Assembly: GCA_965208835.1 (NCBI GenBank)
Contig: OZ242358.1
Span: 832,001-896,000 of the forward strand
From: Candidatus Latescibacterota bacterium
GTDB taxonomy: Bacteria > Latescibacterota > UBA2968 > GCA-2709665
Length of the DNA: 64,000 bases
Reading direction: 5' to 3'
Below, piece after piece: positions 1-9,019 of this stretch. The translations under genes and the position numbers were made by a program. Position 1 is the stretch's first letter. Each line of letters starts with the position of its first letter. The notes under the pieces are model-generated. The model had not been told where the DNA came from. It searched no databases and saw nothing but the letters and a program-made list of their open reading frames with translations.

Positions 1-1337
1 GCGCTACCCGGCACTGGACGCGCAGCCTGAAGCACACGTCGGCCCTCAGCCACTACAAGACCAACTGGGATCGCGAGCAAATGTCGGTTGAAGCCACGCG
101 GGGCGGCGTCGTTGGCTTGCCCGGTGGCGCAGGACATCCGGACAGCGACACCAACCTGCTTAATCGCGCTATTTACGACAACGAGATCTTCTATCGCGAG
201 ACGACGATGCGTCACGACCTGAGCTACAAACAGGAGCGGGGCGCTCTGCGGCATACGCTGTTGTTGGGCGTGGCACTCTCCTTCTACAAAGAGCGTGAAG
301 TGCTCGGCGATCGTGTCCATCGCGAGGGCACGCCGGAAGCAGCGGATGCCGATGCGCTTAAAATCGACATCTACGATCCGGAGCCGTACTACGGGCTGAC
401 CATACCCCAGGATTTCGCCCTCTTCCGCAACCGCGAGCGCGAAGAGACCAGTTGGGGCATGTATCTGCAAGACCTGGTGGAACTCGGCGACCAATGGGTT
501 CTGCTGGGGGGGTTGCGCTATGACGGGGTCGACTTCGACGAACGCACGAATCAGCGCGGCAGCTACAGAACCCACGGCCGCAGTAACGGGAGTTTGAGCC
601 CACGCCTTGGCGTCGTCTACAAGCCAGGTGGTGGTTTCTCCCTCTACTCCAGTTACAGCCGCTCTTTCAGACCGAAGTCGGGCGAGAAGATCCTCAATGA
701 ACCGGAGGACGGCGCCACACAGATAACTCCCGATATGGTCGGACCGGTCGACCCCGAGCTGGCAACGCAATTTGAGGTGGGAGGGCGATGGACCGATGCC
801 GACAACCGCTTGAGCGCGACCCTGGCGCTTTACGATCTGGCGCGCACCAATGTCGTCGAAACCAATCCCCGCAACCGCATTTACCGAGTTCAGATCGGGC
901 GCCAGCGCAGCCGGGGCGTCGATCTCGACCTGACCGCGCAGCCGATCCCCCAACTGCGCGCTATCGCCAGCTACGCGTATGTGGACGCGCGCGTCGAAAG
1001 GGACGCTGACCGCCCCGCGTGGGAGGACAACCAACTCGACAATACTCCCGAACACAGCGCCAGTGTGTGGTGCAACTACCGCCATACAGTTGGCCTTGCT
1101 GTGGGTCTGGGCGTAATCTATACGGGAGAGCGTCAGGGCAATCTGGACAATGACTTCATCCTCGACGACTACGTGCGGGTCGATGCCACCGTCACCTACC
1201 GGCTGCAGACCCTGAGAGTGGATCTGAGCGTCAAGAATTTCACCGATGTGGGGTACTACCAGAACGCCTGGCGTCGTGACCGGATCATGCCGGGAACGCC
1301 CAGGAACTATCTGCTGTCACTCGGCTATAGCCTGTGA
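1..1337 (+). CDS. TonB-dependent receptor (siderophore/metal type), C-terminal barrel; 5' end probably outside the window
   Basis: ORF 81..1337 has TBDR barrel motifs (LSPRLGVVYKP, GRQRSRGVDLDL, LSVKNFTD..YY, PGTPRNYLLSLGYSL) but no plug domain or signal peptide. Confidence 0.9.
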   Translation, partial: ATRHWTRSLKHTSALSHYKTNWDREQMSVEATRGGVVGLPGGAGHPDSDTNLLNRAIYDNEIFYRETTMRHDLSYKQERGALRHTLLLGVALSFYKEREVLGDRVHREGTPEAADADALKIDIYDPEPYYGLTIPQDFALFRNREREETSWGMYLQDLVELGDQWVLLGGLRYDGVDFDERTNQRGSYRTHGRSNGSLSPRLGVVYKPGGGFSLYSSYSRSFRPKSGEKILNEPEDGATQITPDMVGPVDPELATQFEVGGRWTDADNRLSATLALYDLARTNVVETNPRNRIYRVQIGRQRSRGVDLDLTAQPIPQLRAIASYAYVDARVERDADRPAWEDNQLDNTPEHSASVWCNYRHTVGLAVGLGVIYTGERQGNLDNDFILDDYVRVDATVTYRLQTLRVDLSVKNFTDVGYYQNAWRRDRIMPGTPRNYLLSLGYSL

Positions 1338-1363
1338 ATGGGTCCATTGAGGAGACAAGATCG

Positions 1364-2137
1364 ATGAAGGAGAGCACGGACAGGGGCCGCCGGCAAGTGA
1401 AGGGACGCTACAAGAAAGGGGTTCGCCGTTGGCATGCCTGGACCTCCATCTTCGCACTGGTCTTCACAATTCTCGTGTGCGTGACCGCGATACTGCTGGA
1501 GCATCTCAGTGGCTGGGGCCTGGGCAGCGTCGGAGTGCCCAGCCGGTGGTTTCCCGGCTACCAGACCACCGCCAGTCGCCTGGGACAGATCAAGTGCGCC
1601 CTTCTGACCGGCGATGAGGAGGTGTACATCGGGACGCGCAAAGGGTTGCTTCACCTGAGTGGGAGCGAATACCGCAGCGTTCCGGAACTGGAGGGCCTTG
1701 ACATCTTCAACATCGACCAACAGGGAGAGCGCATCCTGGTCGGCACGCGGGAAAGCACCTGGCTCTTTGAGGCGGAGCGGTGGAAGCGCATCTCCGACTT
1801 CAGGGGGGCAGCAACCTTTGCCGAAGATGGTCGCATCGTCCACATCCAGGGCAGCAACGGTCTCTTCGTTACAGGGGATCTGGGCGCGACGTGGACGGAG
1901 CTGGCCGCCGCGAACGCAACCATGGCGGAAACCCCCCTTCCCGAGGTCGTCAGCTTCAGCAAGTTGGTTCTGGACCTGCACACCGGCAAAGCCCTCTTCG
2001 GCCCAGAGGGTGAGTGGATCTATGTGGACGCGCTGAGCATCGCCGTCCTGGCGTTGGCGATAACGGGCTTCATCATCCGCCCCGCCTATGTGAAGTTGCG
2101 CACGTACCGGCGTAAATCCAGGGTGGAACAAGCATGA
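1364..2137 (+). CDS. PepSY-associated TM helix domain protein
   Basis: N-terminal RRWHAW + TM helix, C-terminal VLDLHTG + TM helix ending in ITG; directly follows the TBDR; RBS GAGGAG before ATG 1364. Confidence 0.8.
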   Translation: MKESTDRGRRQVKGRYKKGVRRWHAWTSIFALVFTILVCVTAILLEHLSGWGLGSVGVPSRWFPGYQTTASRLGQIKCALLTGDEEVYIGTRKGLLHLSGSEYRSVPELEGLDIFNIDQQGERILVGTRESTWLFEAERWKRISDFRGAATFAEDGRIVHIQGSNGLFVTGDLGATWTELAAANATMAETPLPEVVSFSKLVLDLHTGKALFGPEGEWIYVDALSIAVLALAITGFIIRPAYVKLRTYRRKSRVEQA

Positions 2138-2429
2138 TCCTTAGCGTCATCCACCCGGGCGCATTCCCAAACACAGGGTGGCTGGGGATCGTCCACCGCC
2201 TGCGGTTCCATTCCGTAGAGCGTTCGCCAGACACCTGGGGCGATGTTGCGCTGATCAATTGGCAGACCGACCGATCATCTTTCGCAATCGCATTCAATCA
2301 TTGCTGAGAATCCAACAGGTGGCGCCCGAGACCAACGCCACACGCCCTGCCGCTCAAACATGAAGCCGCCTGTAATCGCGTCACACCTGGTGGACTTGAC
2401 CAATCCTCAATTCGGCCGCAGAGGAATCA

Positions 2430-3533
2430 ATGGCTGAAATTCAAGACTTGAAAGAACCTATTCCAGTAACAATTATCAGCGGCTTCCTGGGCGCGGGCAA
2501 GACCACCCTGCTCAACCATATTCTCAAGGCCGACCACGGGTTGCGCGTGGCGGTATTGGTCAACGATTTTGGAGAGATTAACATTGACGCCGCGTTAGTC
2601 TCCGGCGTCTCCGGGGAATCAACCATCAATCTGTCCAACGGTTGTATCTGTTGCTCGATTCGCAATGACCTGCTTGAGGCAGTGGTTCAATTGATTCAAC
2701 GCCCGGACCCGCCGGAGTATATCGTCGTTGAAACAAGCGGCGTATCCGACCCCGTGGCGGTTTCATTGACCTTTATGGCTACCGAATTGCAGTCTCGGAC
2801 GCGAGTGGACAGTGTGCTGACCGTGGTTGATGCCGAGCAGATTTATCAGGTGAATGAAAAGCATCGTCGGCTCGCGGTAGACCAGATCGCCATGGCAGAT
2901 ATTCTGGTACTGAACAAGCTTGACCTGGTCAATGATGAAAAGCGGGAGGAATTGGCAGACTTTGTCAGAGATCTCGTTCCGGGAGCGCGAATCCTCCAGG
3001 CTACATATGGAAAGGTTCCGCTCGATCTGGTACTCGGCGTCGGGAAATACGACCTCCAGCGCTTTTCGGGGAAATCGGGTTTGGATGTTCACGTTCATGC
3101 TGACGGCGAGGCGCATGAACACGACAATGGTGACGTGAATCATCACGAACACCATGCCGACCATACGATTGTTTTCAACACGTGGCGCTATACGACTGAC
3201 CGACCTCTGTCACGTGGGGCCGTGCGTAATGCGATGAAAAACCTGCCTGCGACTATCTATCGCGCCAAAGGGTTTGTTTACCTCAACGATATTCCCGGCC
3301 GCAAGGGAATCGTCCACGTTGCCGGCCAACGGGCGCGTCTGATCATGGGTGAGCCGTGGGGCGACGAGAAACCGGAAACACAGTTGGTTTTTATCGGTGA
3401 GGCAGGTGGAATCGACGATTGCGAATTGCAATCGCGCTTTGATGCGTGCCAGACGGAAAAGGATACCCGCCAGGATACAACGCCTGATGAGGTTTTTGAA
3501 TTGCTTCGGGGGCTTGGGATTACAGCGAAATAA
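2430..3533 (+). CDS. COG0523/CobW-family G3E GTPase metallochaperone
   Basis: GFLGAGKTT Walker A, GCICC metal motif, ETSG, NKLD, His-rich linker, C-terminal RAKG and LVFIG motifs. Confidence 0.95.
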   Translation: MAEIQDLKEPIPVTIISGFLGAGKTTLLNHILKADHGLRVAVLVNDFGEINIDAALVSGVSGESTINLSNGCICCSIRNDLLEAVVQLIQRPDPPEYIVVETSGVSDPVAVSLTFMATELQSRTRVDSVLTVVDAEQIYQVNEKHRRLAVDQIAMADILVLNKLDLVNDEKREELADFVRDLVPGARILQATYGKVPLDLVLGVGKYDLQRFSGKSGLDVHVHADGEAHEHDNGDVNHHEHHADHTIVFNTWRYTTDRPLSRGAVRNAMKNLPATIYRAKGFVYLNDIPGRKGIVHVAGQRARLIMGEPWGDEKPETQLVFIGEAGGIDDCELQSRFDACQTEKDTRQDTTPDEVFELLRGLGITAK

Positions 3534-3584
3534 ACCGTGTATGGGAAGACCGACAACCCATTCACAGGTTCCAATCGAATCTAA

Positions 3585-3769
3585 GAAGCCGTTTTAAAAT
3601 TACCGGTGAGTTCCCGAGCGTGAGCGAAAAAGTGGCGGTCAAGGCGGGAAAACCCGCCTATGAGAGGCGAGCAAGCGCAGCCTCGATCTCGTAAGACGGG
3701 TGGGTTTGACCAACGCTGACCGGCGCCTTTGCAGCCGCGCGAAGACCGCTGGGAATTTTGAACGGCTTC
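3585..3769 (+). mobile_element. MITE (non-autonomous IS-derived element), full copy 1
   Basis: Terminal inverted repeats GAAGCCGTTTTAAAATT...AATTTTGAACGGCTTC, flanked by TAA on both sides; homologous inverted copy at 32735..32922. Confidence 0.85.
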
Positions 3770-3799
3770 TAAGCTCCAGCAGTCAATTTCCAGTGGGGC

Positions 3800-4285
3800 G
3801 GCGCCCCAATAACCGCTCCACGCTCCGTTTCCACGTCCCGCTCATCGAACCGGACGTGAGATTTCCCGCATCCGGCTCTCGGACCTGGAGGTCTCAGGTT
3901 CATACCAGCCTCACGGTTCTCGCTCCTTTGACGTTGCCCTTGAACCTGAACCACTTCCCTCCACCGGCGTTACCCGGCTTCAACGTTCCTACGGGCCTCT
4001 CCGCCATCTCACACACCCCGGCCTGACCCTCGCGGAATGCCGGTTGGTGTCTCCACACCACCGCCCGGGACCTCCTGTGTTCTGTCGGATCTCCCTGTGT
4101 ATGCATGCCGTCGCCATTACCCAGGCCGGACCAATGGATGCACGCGTTGCTGTCTTTTTGCCAACCACGGCTGCATTCCCCGATCGAAAGAAGAGTCGGC
4201 TCCCGAATTCCCTTCTTCGCGGCCTGCTGTAGCGTTCACGACGCGTTACGGCCTGCGTACTCGCGAGGCGCGTTGCGTCCTGACC
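3800..4285 (-). mobile_element. ORF-less, truncated group II intron remnant
   Basis: Minus strand has domain V (GAGCCGGATGCGGGAAATCTCACGTCCGGTTC, 3847..3878) followed by the start of domain VI, and a domain III-like segment (GCGGAGAGGCCCGTAG..GAAGCCGGGTAACGCCGGTGGAGGGAAG). No RT ORF lies between them. Confidence 0.8.
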
Positions 4286-4294
4286 TTGTGAAAT

Positions 4295-4425
4295 ACCTCC
4301 TCACGGTTCAGGGAGTTAGACGCCGTCTGCCGTAAGACACCCAACCGTCGGGCAATCCGTGCCTTCGGAACACCGCCTTCACGCAAATGCTTGATTTGCA
4401 TGGCCGTCTCCCGTAATATTATGAA
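4295..4425 (-). pseudogene. IS21-family transposase (IstA) N-terminal HTH fragment
   Basis: ILRETAMQIKHLREGGVPKARIARRLGVLRQT resembles IstA N-termini; no DDE domain follows. Confidence 0.6.
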
Positions 4426-4576
4426 TACGAGCCCTTCTGTGCTTTTTGGGATATCGTCGTATGGATACCCCTGGTATAGGCACACGCAGGGCTTCGCTTC
4501 GTATTGCTGCGATCTCTCCCCCCGGCCCCCTCGGAAGAAGCGATCAGCTATTGGCCGTCAGCCTAAAGCGGTCCAG

Positions 4577-4650
4577 CTCGTGCCGGAGGCAAGGAAGAAT
4601 AACATACCGGGCAAGGATCTATTCTCCCGTCTCCCGGCTACCCGCCTTCA
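4577..4650. repeat. Palindromic intergenic repeat family B, partial copy
   Basis: CTCGTGCCGGAGGCAAGGAAGAATAACATACCGGGCAAGGAT closely matches the sequence starting at 45790. Confidence 0.75.
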
Positions 4651-4737
4651 CGAGAGAAGTCAATGGAGTGGGGTCGTTTGGGAGTGGTGAGATTCTATTT
4701 AACGGACGTCTAAACGCAACCGGGAGGTTGATATCAG

Positions 4738-5712
4738 ATGAAGGTCTTGTACCTGAACGTACCAGGTATGCTCCAGCCATGGTACGACGATTTGAGAACG
4801 GCGGTTGGTGAAGTGCATGCCGTTTGCCTGTACGATCCCGCGAAACCCATGGCCGGGCAGTTCGATGGTGTGGACGTGGTGGTGGACCAGGGTGGTTCGG
4901 CAGGCACGCGGGCTCTTATCGACGCCGCGCTGGCTGCCCGCGTGAGGCTGTGGCAGGTGCTTGGAACCGGGGTGGACCACGTGGACGTGGCGTATTTCCT
5001 CGAAAAAGGCCTGATGCTTGCCAATACGCCCGGCCCGTTCAGCGCGGTGGCGCTGGCGGAGCACGCGATGTTTCTGATGCTTTATTTCGCGAAACAGTTC
5101 GACGAGCACGTGCGGAACCTCCGGGCGAAGGTGTTCTACTTTCCGGTGAGCGAGGAGCTGGAGGGGAAGACGCTCGGGCTTGTCGGGCTGGGCGCGAGCG
5201 GACAGGCGCTGGCGGCGAGGGCGAAAGCCATGGGAATGCGGGTAGCGGCCGTAGACGCTGTGGACGTCCCCCGGGAACGGCTGGATGAACTGGGGGTGGA
5301 AGTGTTTGCCGCGCCGTCGGAACTGGAATCGGTGCTCACGCAGGCCGATTACGTGTCACTGCACGTGCCGCTGACGTCGAAAACGCGTCACATAATCGAC
5401 AGACAGGCGCTGGCGGCGATGAAGCCAACGGCGGTGCTGATCAACGTGGCGAGAGGGGAGATCGCGGAAGAGGCCGCGCTCGTCGAGGCGCTGCAGAACG
5501 GGGGGATCAGGGGCGCCGGGCTGGATGTGTACGCCGAAGAGCCGCTGCCCGCGGACCATCCGTTTCAGCAGCTGCCGAACGTCGTCGCCACGCCCCATAC
5601 CGCGGGACAGACGTATGGCACATCCAGGAGGCGCGGGGAGGCCTGCGCGGAGAACGTGGAGCGGATCGCGAATGGGCTGGAGCCGTTGTACAGGATTACG
5701 GACGTAGGGTGA
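4738..5712 (+). CDS. D-isomer-specific 2-hydroxyacid dehydrogenase
   Basis: GLVGLGASG Rossmann motif, SLHVPLT, INVARG, LDVY..EP and TPHTAG motifs. Confidence 0.95.
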   Translation: MKVLYLNVPGMLQPWYDDLRTAVGEVHAVCLYDPAKPMAGQFDGVDVVVDQGGSAGTRALIDAALAARVRLWQVLGTGVDHVDVAYFLEKGLMLANTPGPFSAVALAEHAMFLMLYFAKQFDEHVRNLRAKVFYFPVSEELEGKTLGLVGLGASGQALAARAKAMGMRVAAVDAVDVPRERLDELGVEVFAAPSELESVLTQADYVSLHVPLTSKTRHIIDRQALAAMKPTAVLINVARGEIAEEAALVEALQNGGIRGAGLDVYAEEPLPADHPFQQLPNVVATPHTAGQTYGTSRRRGEACAENVERIANGLEPLYRITDVG

Positions 5713-5780
5713 GGTCGGCGACGGGATGTTGACTCCGGTCCGCGACCTTACTTACAGCCGCTCGTACCGCTAATCATGGA

Positions 5781-6413
5781 CTTGACCCGTTCTGTGGATG
5801 TGCCACAACGTTGGAGGCGGCGCACAGGCTGAAGCGTCGTTGGATAGGCATTGATATTGCGATCCATGCCATTAAGCGGGTTGCCGCCCTTCGGTTGCTT
5901 GACAAACTGGGACTTGTCGAGGGTGAAGACTATGCAATCGAAGGCGTTCCTCGTAATCTTGAGGGGTGTAGGGATCGGTGGCGACGGGATAAGTATCACT
6001 TTCAGAAGTGGGCGGTTGAACAGGTGGACGGTTTTGTGACGACAAGGCGTACGGGGGACGGCGGCATAGATGGCCGCTTGTATTCCGATTGTCCGGGAAA
6101 GCCAGACCTGCAATGCATGACTATCGAAGTTAAGGGTGGCGAAAATCCGAACATTACCGTTATGCGGGCTTTGCTCGGGGTCGTGGAAAACGGTCGCGCT
6201 ATGCTCGGCGGGCTGATTCTTCTGGAACCGATAGGTACGATTAAAGAGCGGAATTTCCGGAGGTTCATGGCCCAGGATGGCGAAGTGAAAATCGGCAATG
6301 TCGTTTATCCGAAACTGCAAATGTTGAGCACTCATGAGATCCTGGAGGGGAAACGCTTCGACACGCCTGGGGCGGTCGGTCGCGGGCTAAAACAACCACA
6401 ACTCCGATTATAG
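5781..6413 (+). pseudogene. 5'-truncated N4/N6 DNA methyltransferase fused to an Mrr-like restriction endonuclease domain
   Basis: In-frame LDPFCGCATTLEAAHRLKRRWIGID (SAM-binding motif I) from 5781, then DGGIDG...IEVKGG nuclease motif. The catalytic DPPF/Y half is absent and an in-frame stop lies at 5730. Confidence 0.75.
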
Positions 6414-6424
6414 GGAGCGAAGCA

Positions 6425-6724
6425 ATGAACGCGGATCAAATCAAGCAAATTATCGAATCCAATTTCCCCGAAATACGGTCAAAACGCCTCAAATATGGAT
6501 GGTCCTTTTTCTACAAAGAGATTGTAATCGGTCCAAACCCCTCTCGCATCGCTCGTGTCGAACAGAAGAGCTCAAATCGAAAAGTAGACTTCAAGCCTTC
6601 TATTACCGCCCGAAGGAAAGAAGACGAGACAATCAGGGAAGAGATAACCGACCAAGAGAGCCAGATTTGCGAAATAATAAGACGAGAAATAGATCTTTAT
6701 CTGGAGTATTATGCGAACCCGTAA
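6425..6724 (+). CDS. Hypothetical protein, 99 aa
   Basis: RBS GGGAG, AT-rich ORF directly after the methylase remnant; no recognised motif. Confidence 0.6.
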   Translation: MNADQIKQIIESNFPEIRSKRLKYGWSFFYKEIVIGPNPSRIARVEQKSSNRKVDFKPSITARRKEDETIREEITDQESQICEIIRREIDLYLEYYANP

Positions 6725-7153
6725 GCCCATAACTACTGATTCCGAATTTTAATTTAGGCCCCCCTTTACAAGAACTCTTTTGTCCGCTCTCCCAGGTCGC
6801 CTCCCGCCACCCTCAGAGGATCGCATACCTCGCCGACTTCCGTATATGGGAGCACCCGGTGGTGCTGCGGCCCGAAGCCGTTCTTTTTGAACTCCGCTCC
6901 AATGGCCTCGCCAGCCGGGTTGTCTTCCGTTTAGCCCTGCGACACCGCCGAACGCATCACCGCTCCGATTCGCCATCTGCACCGACGCGCCGTCTTCCGC
7001 TTCTCGTTCCAGAACGGGAGTATCACGTCCAATGTGTTAATCCGGTTCGCCGCCTCCCCCCGGAGTCGACCCCGAAGGAAGCCAGCCCCAGGATTCTACG
7101 AGCATCGCGTCTACGCAACACCTCGGGTCATGTACCGACGCAATACTGCACAT

Positions 7154-7182
7154 TTGCGCAGTTTCATGCAATGTGTTATATT
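7154..7182 (+). promoter_or_regulatory. Putative sigma70 promoter of the Ubl operon with an overlapping imperfect palindrome
   Basis: TTGCGC-17 bp-TATATT with a TG extension; overlapped by the inverted repeat CACATTTGC...GCAATGTG. Confidence 0.5.
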
Positions 7183-7210
7183 AAATGAGTGTTCGTGGCG
7201 GGAGCGAGAG

Positions 7211-7480
7211 ATGTCGGAAAAGGAACACAACGACATCAAGGAAGCGGCAAGCATGTCGTTATCGGCGAATGCGACGGATCTGGCATCGATGCGGGCGATA
7301 GTTGAGCCCATCACCGAATTGACACAAATCGTCGACCCTGATTCATCCGTGACGGGTACAATCTCCCGCGCCGGGATCATCACGCACGCCATTCGACAGG
7401 TTGGTCATCTGGTTCAAACACCGGCAGGACGGCGGTTGTTGACCGTAAGTGCAGGAATAGAAACCGACACAGAGACGTAG
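7211..7480 (+). CDS. Small hypothetical protein, possibly a ribbon-helix-helix regulator
   Basis: RBS GGGAG then ATG 7211; strand-helix-helix-like pattern (SMSLSAN...DLASMRAI...ISRAGIITHAIRQV); first gene of the operon. Confidence 0.5.
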   Translation: MSEKEHNDIKEAASMSLSANATDLASMRAIVEPITELTQIVDPDSSVTGTISRAGIITHAIRQVGHLVQTPAGRRLLTVSAGIETDTET

Positions 7481-7504
7481 TTACACCTAAAGGAGGAATC
7501 CAAC

Positions 7505-7798
7505 GTGGTGCAAGAACCTGGAAACGGCCATGGACCCGTCGGGCCGACGGGGATCGTAAAGGAATTGACCATTTTCATCAATGCTCGGTCGGCGCTTTGG
7601 GACAAGCCGACCATTAGCTTTGCGCAAGTGGTCGAACAGTGGAATAAGCTCGATCCGGATCGACGCGTGATAGGTGATCTTCCGGGCATCGACTGGACGG
7701 CGAAGGACGGAACGAAGGGGATTTTCTATCCGTCCGATAAACCAATGGACGTGGTTGATGAACTGTCGTTCACGATTGACGACTCGTACCTAGCGTAG
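7505..7798 (+). CDS. Ubiquitin-like beta-grasp protein (Multi_ubiq type)
   Basis: LTIFINAR...TISFAQVV...G.F.P...V.D.LSFTI pattern of multi-ubiquitin domains; strong RBS AAGGAGG; immediately upstream of an E1-like gene. Confidence 0.7.
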   Translation: MVQEPGNGHGPVGPTGIVKELTIFINARSALWDKPTISFAQVVEQWNKLDPDRRVIGDLPGIDWTAKDGTKGIFYPSDKPMDVVDELSFTIDDSYLA

Positions 7799-7806
7799 GG
7801 AAGACT

Positions 7807-8943
7807 GTGTCAGAACATGAGTCACGGGCACGTTATGAAGCGGAGCGGCGCGAATGGAAAATCGAGCGTCGAGACTTAGAAATAGGTGCATTAGGAGTAC
7901 CATGTTTTATCGCACCGAATGTCGCAGGTGAGTGTCACATCTGGGTAGGGACTGCATCTGACTCAGACCAACTCGAAGCGAACCATGAATGGCAGCAAGG
8001 TGCTTTACATACAGCAGATATACGAGGTCTTTCCGACGGAAGATTGTTCGACCGATCTGGAACGGAGTTAAAAAAAGGCGTGATTGGGCGTTTTCATTCC
8101 AGCCTTGTTCTATCGATCAAGATAAAAGGTCGAGAATATGAGAATGCATGGGAAGCACTAAACAACTACGTCAAACGGATATACGCGCTGTTCCTTGGCG
8201 GATCCGCATTGAGCGGGGAATCGGCGCCACGCCCTTATACATTCGATGTGCTTGGTGACCATCTGCCGGAAGCAGTCGAGTGGAGGGCTCTGGTAGCTCA
8301 AGAGCGTGTTGCGATTGTCGGACTTGGCGGTGTCGGCGCGTGGATAGCAGACTTTGTTGTCAAGGCCGATCCTCGTGAGGTTCATGGTTGGGACTACGAC
8401 TGCATAGAACCCAAAAACATACTTCGCATGCCAGGTGGACTCGATCCGAACGTCTGGATCGGTAGACCAAAGGCCGAGTGGTTCAAAGAGACCTACTCCC
8501 TCATCCATACGAACGTGCACGGCCACAATGTAAAGGTACTCCCTGAAAATGTGCAGGAGGTCATTGAAAAAGCGACTTTCGCTTTTTTGGCCGTGGACGA
8601 CGCTGATGACCGGATGATGGTGTGTGACACGCTGGCCAATGCGGCAATCCCGTTCATCGTGGCAGGACTCTCACCAGTGCGTAAGGACAAGAGAGTCAAG
8701 GTTTCCATGCGGATAGTAACCGCCCATGTCGGCGTGTCCTCTTGGAGAGAGGCTATCCCTCAAGTTGGCCAGGCGGGACAGGACGACTACGGCAGCCTTG
8801 ACTTGCCCGACGTCTACTCAATTGCTGCGGGTTGGGCGATTCAGTCGTGGCGAAAGATGCGCGGCCAATTCTGGCAGGAGAAAAGGGAAGAGTGCCTAGT
8901 CTATCGTGCTCGTGAGCAGTCTCTCATAGTGAGAGAGGTCTAA
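7807..8943 (+). CDS. ThiF/E1-family adenylyltransferase with N-terminal DUF6791-like (E2-like) domain
   Basis: VAIVGLGGVG, WDYDCIEPKNILRMPG, FAFLAVDD and C-terminal AIQSWRKMRG motifs; ~150-aa N-terminal domain ending SIK...YENAWEALNNYV. Confidence 0.85.
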   Translation: MSEHESRARYEAERREWKIERRDLEIGALGVPCFIAPNVAGECHIWVGTASDSDQLEANHEWQQGALHTADIRGLSDGRLFDRSGTELKKGVIGRFHSSLVLSIKIKGREYENAWEALNNYVKRIYALFLGGSALSGESAPRPYTFDVLGDHLPEAVEWRALVAQERVAIVGLGGVGAWIADFVVKADPREVHGWDYDCIEPKNILRMPGGLDPNVWIGRPKAEWFKETYSLIHTNVHGHNVKVLPENVQEVIEKATFAFLAVDDADDRMMVCDTLANAAIPFIVAGLSPVRKDKRVKVSMRIVTAHVGVSSWREAIPQVGQAGQDDYGSLDLPDVYSIAAGWAIQSWRKMRGQFWQEKREECLVYRAREQSLIVREV

Positions 8944-9019
8944 AGTGTGCTTTTGGAGATGGAGAAAGGAGGGGAAACGTGATTCTCATCCTAACTATGG
9001 TATTAGGAACCGAGAATCA

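Noticed and set aside
3700-4335. Small ORFs over the MITE and intron remnant (also 32576..32926)
   Set aside because: They are translations of non-coding repeat and ribozyme sequence, with no RBS or protein motifs.
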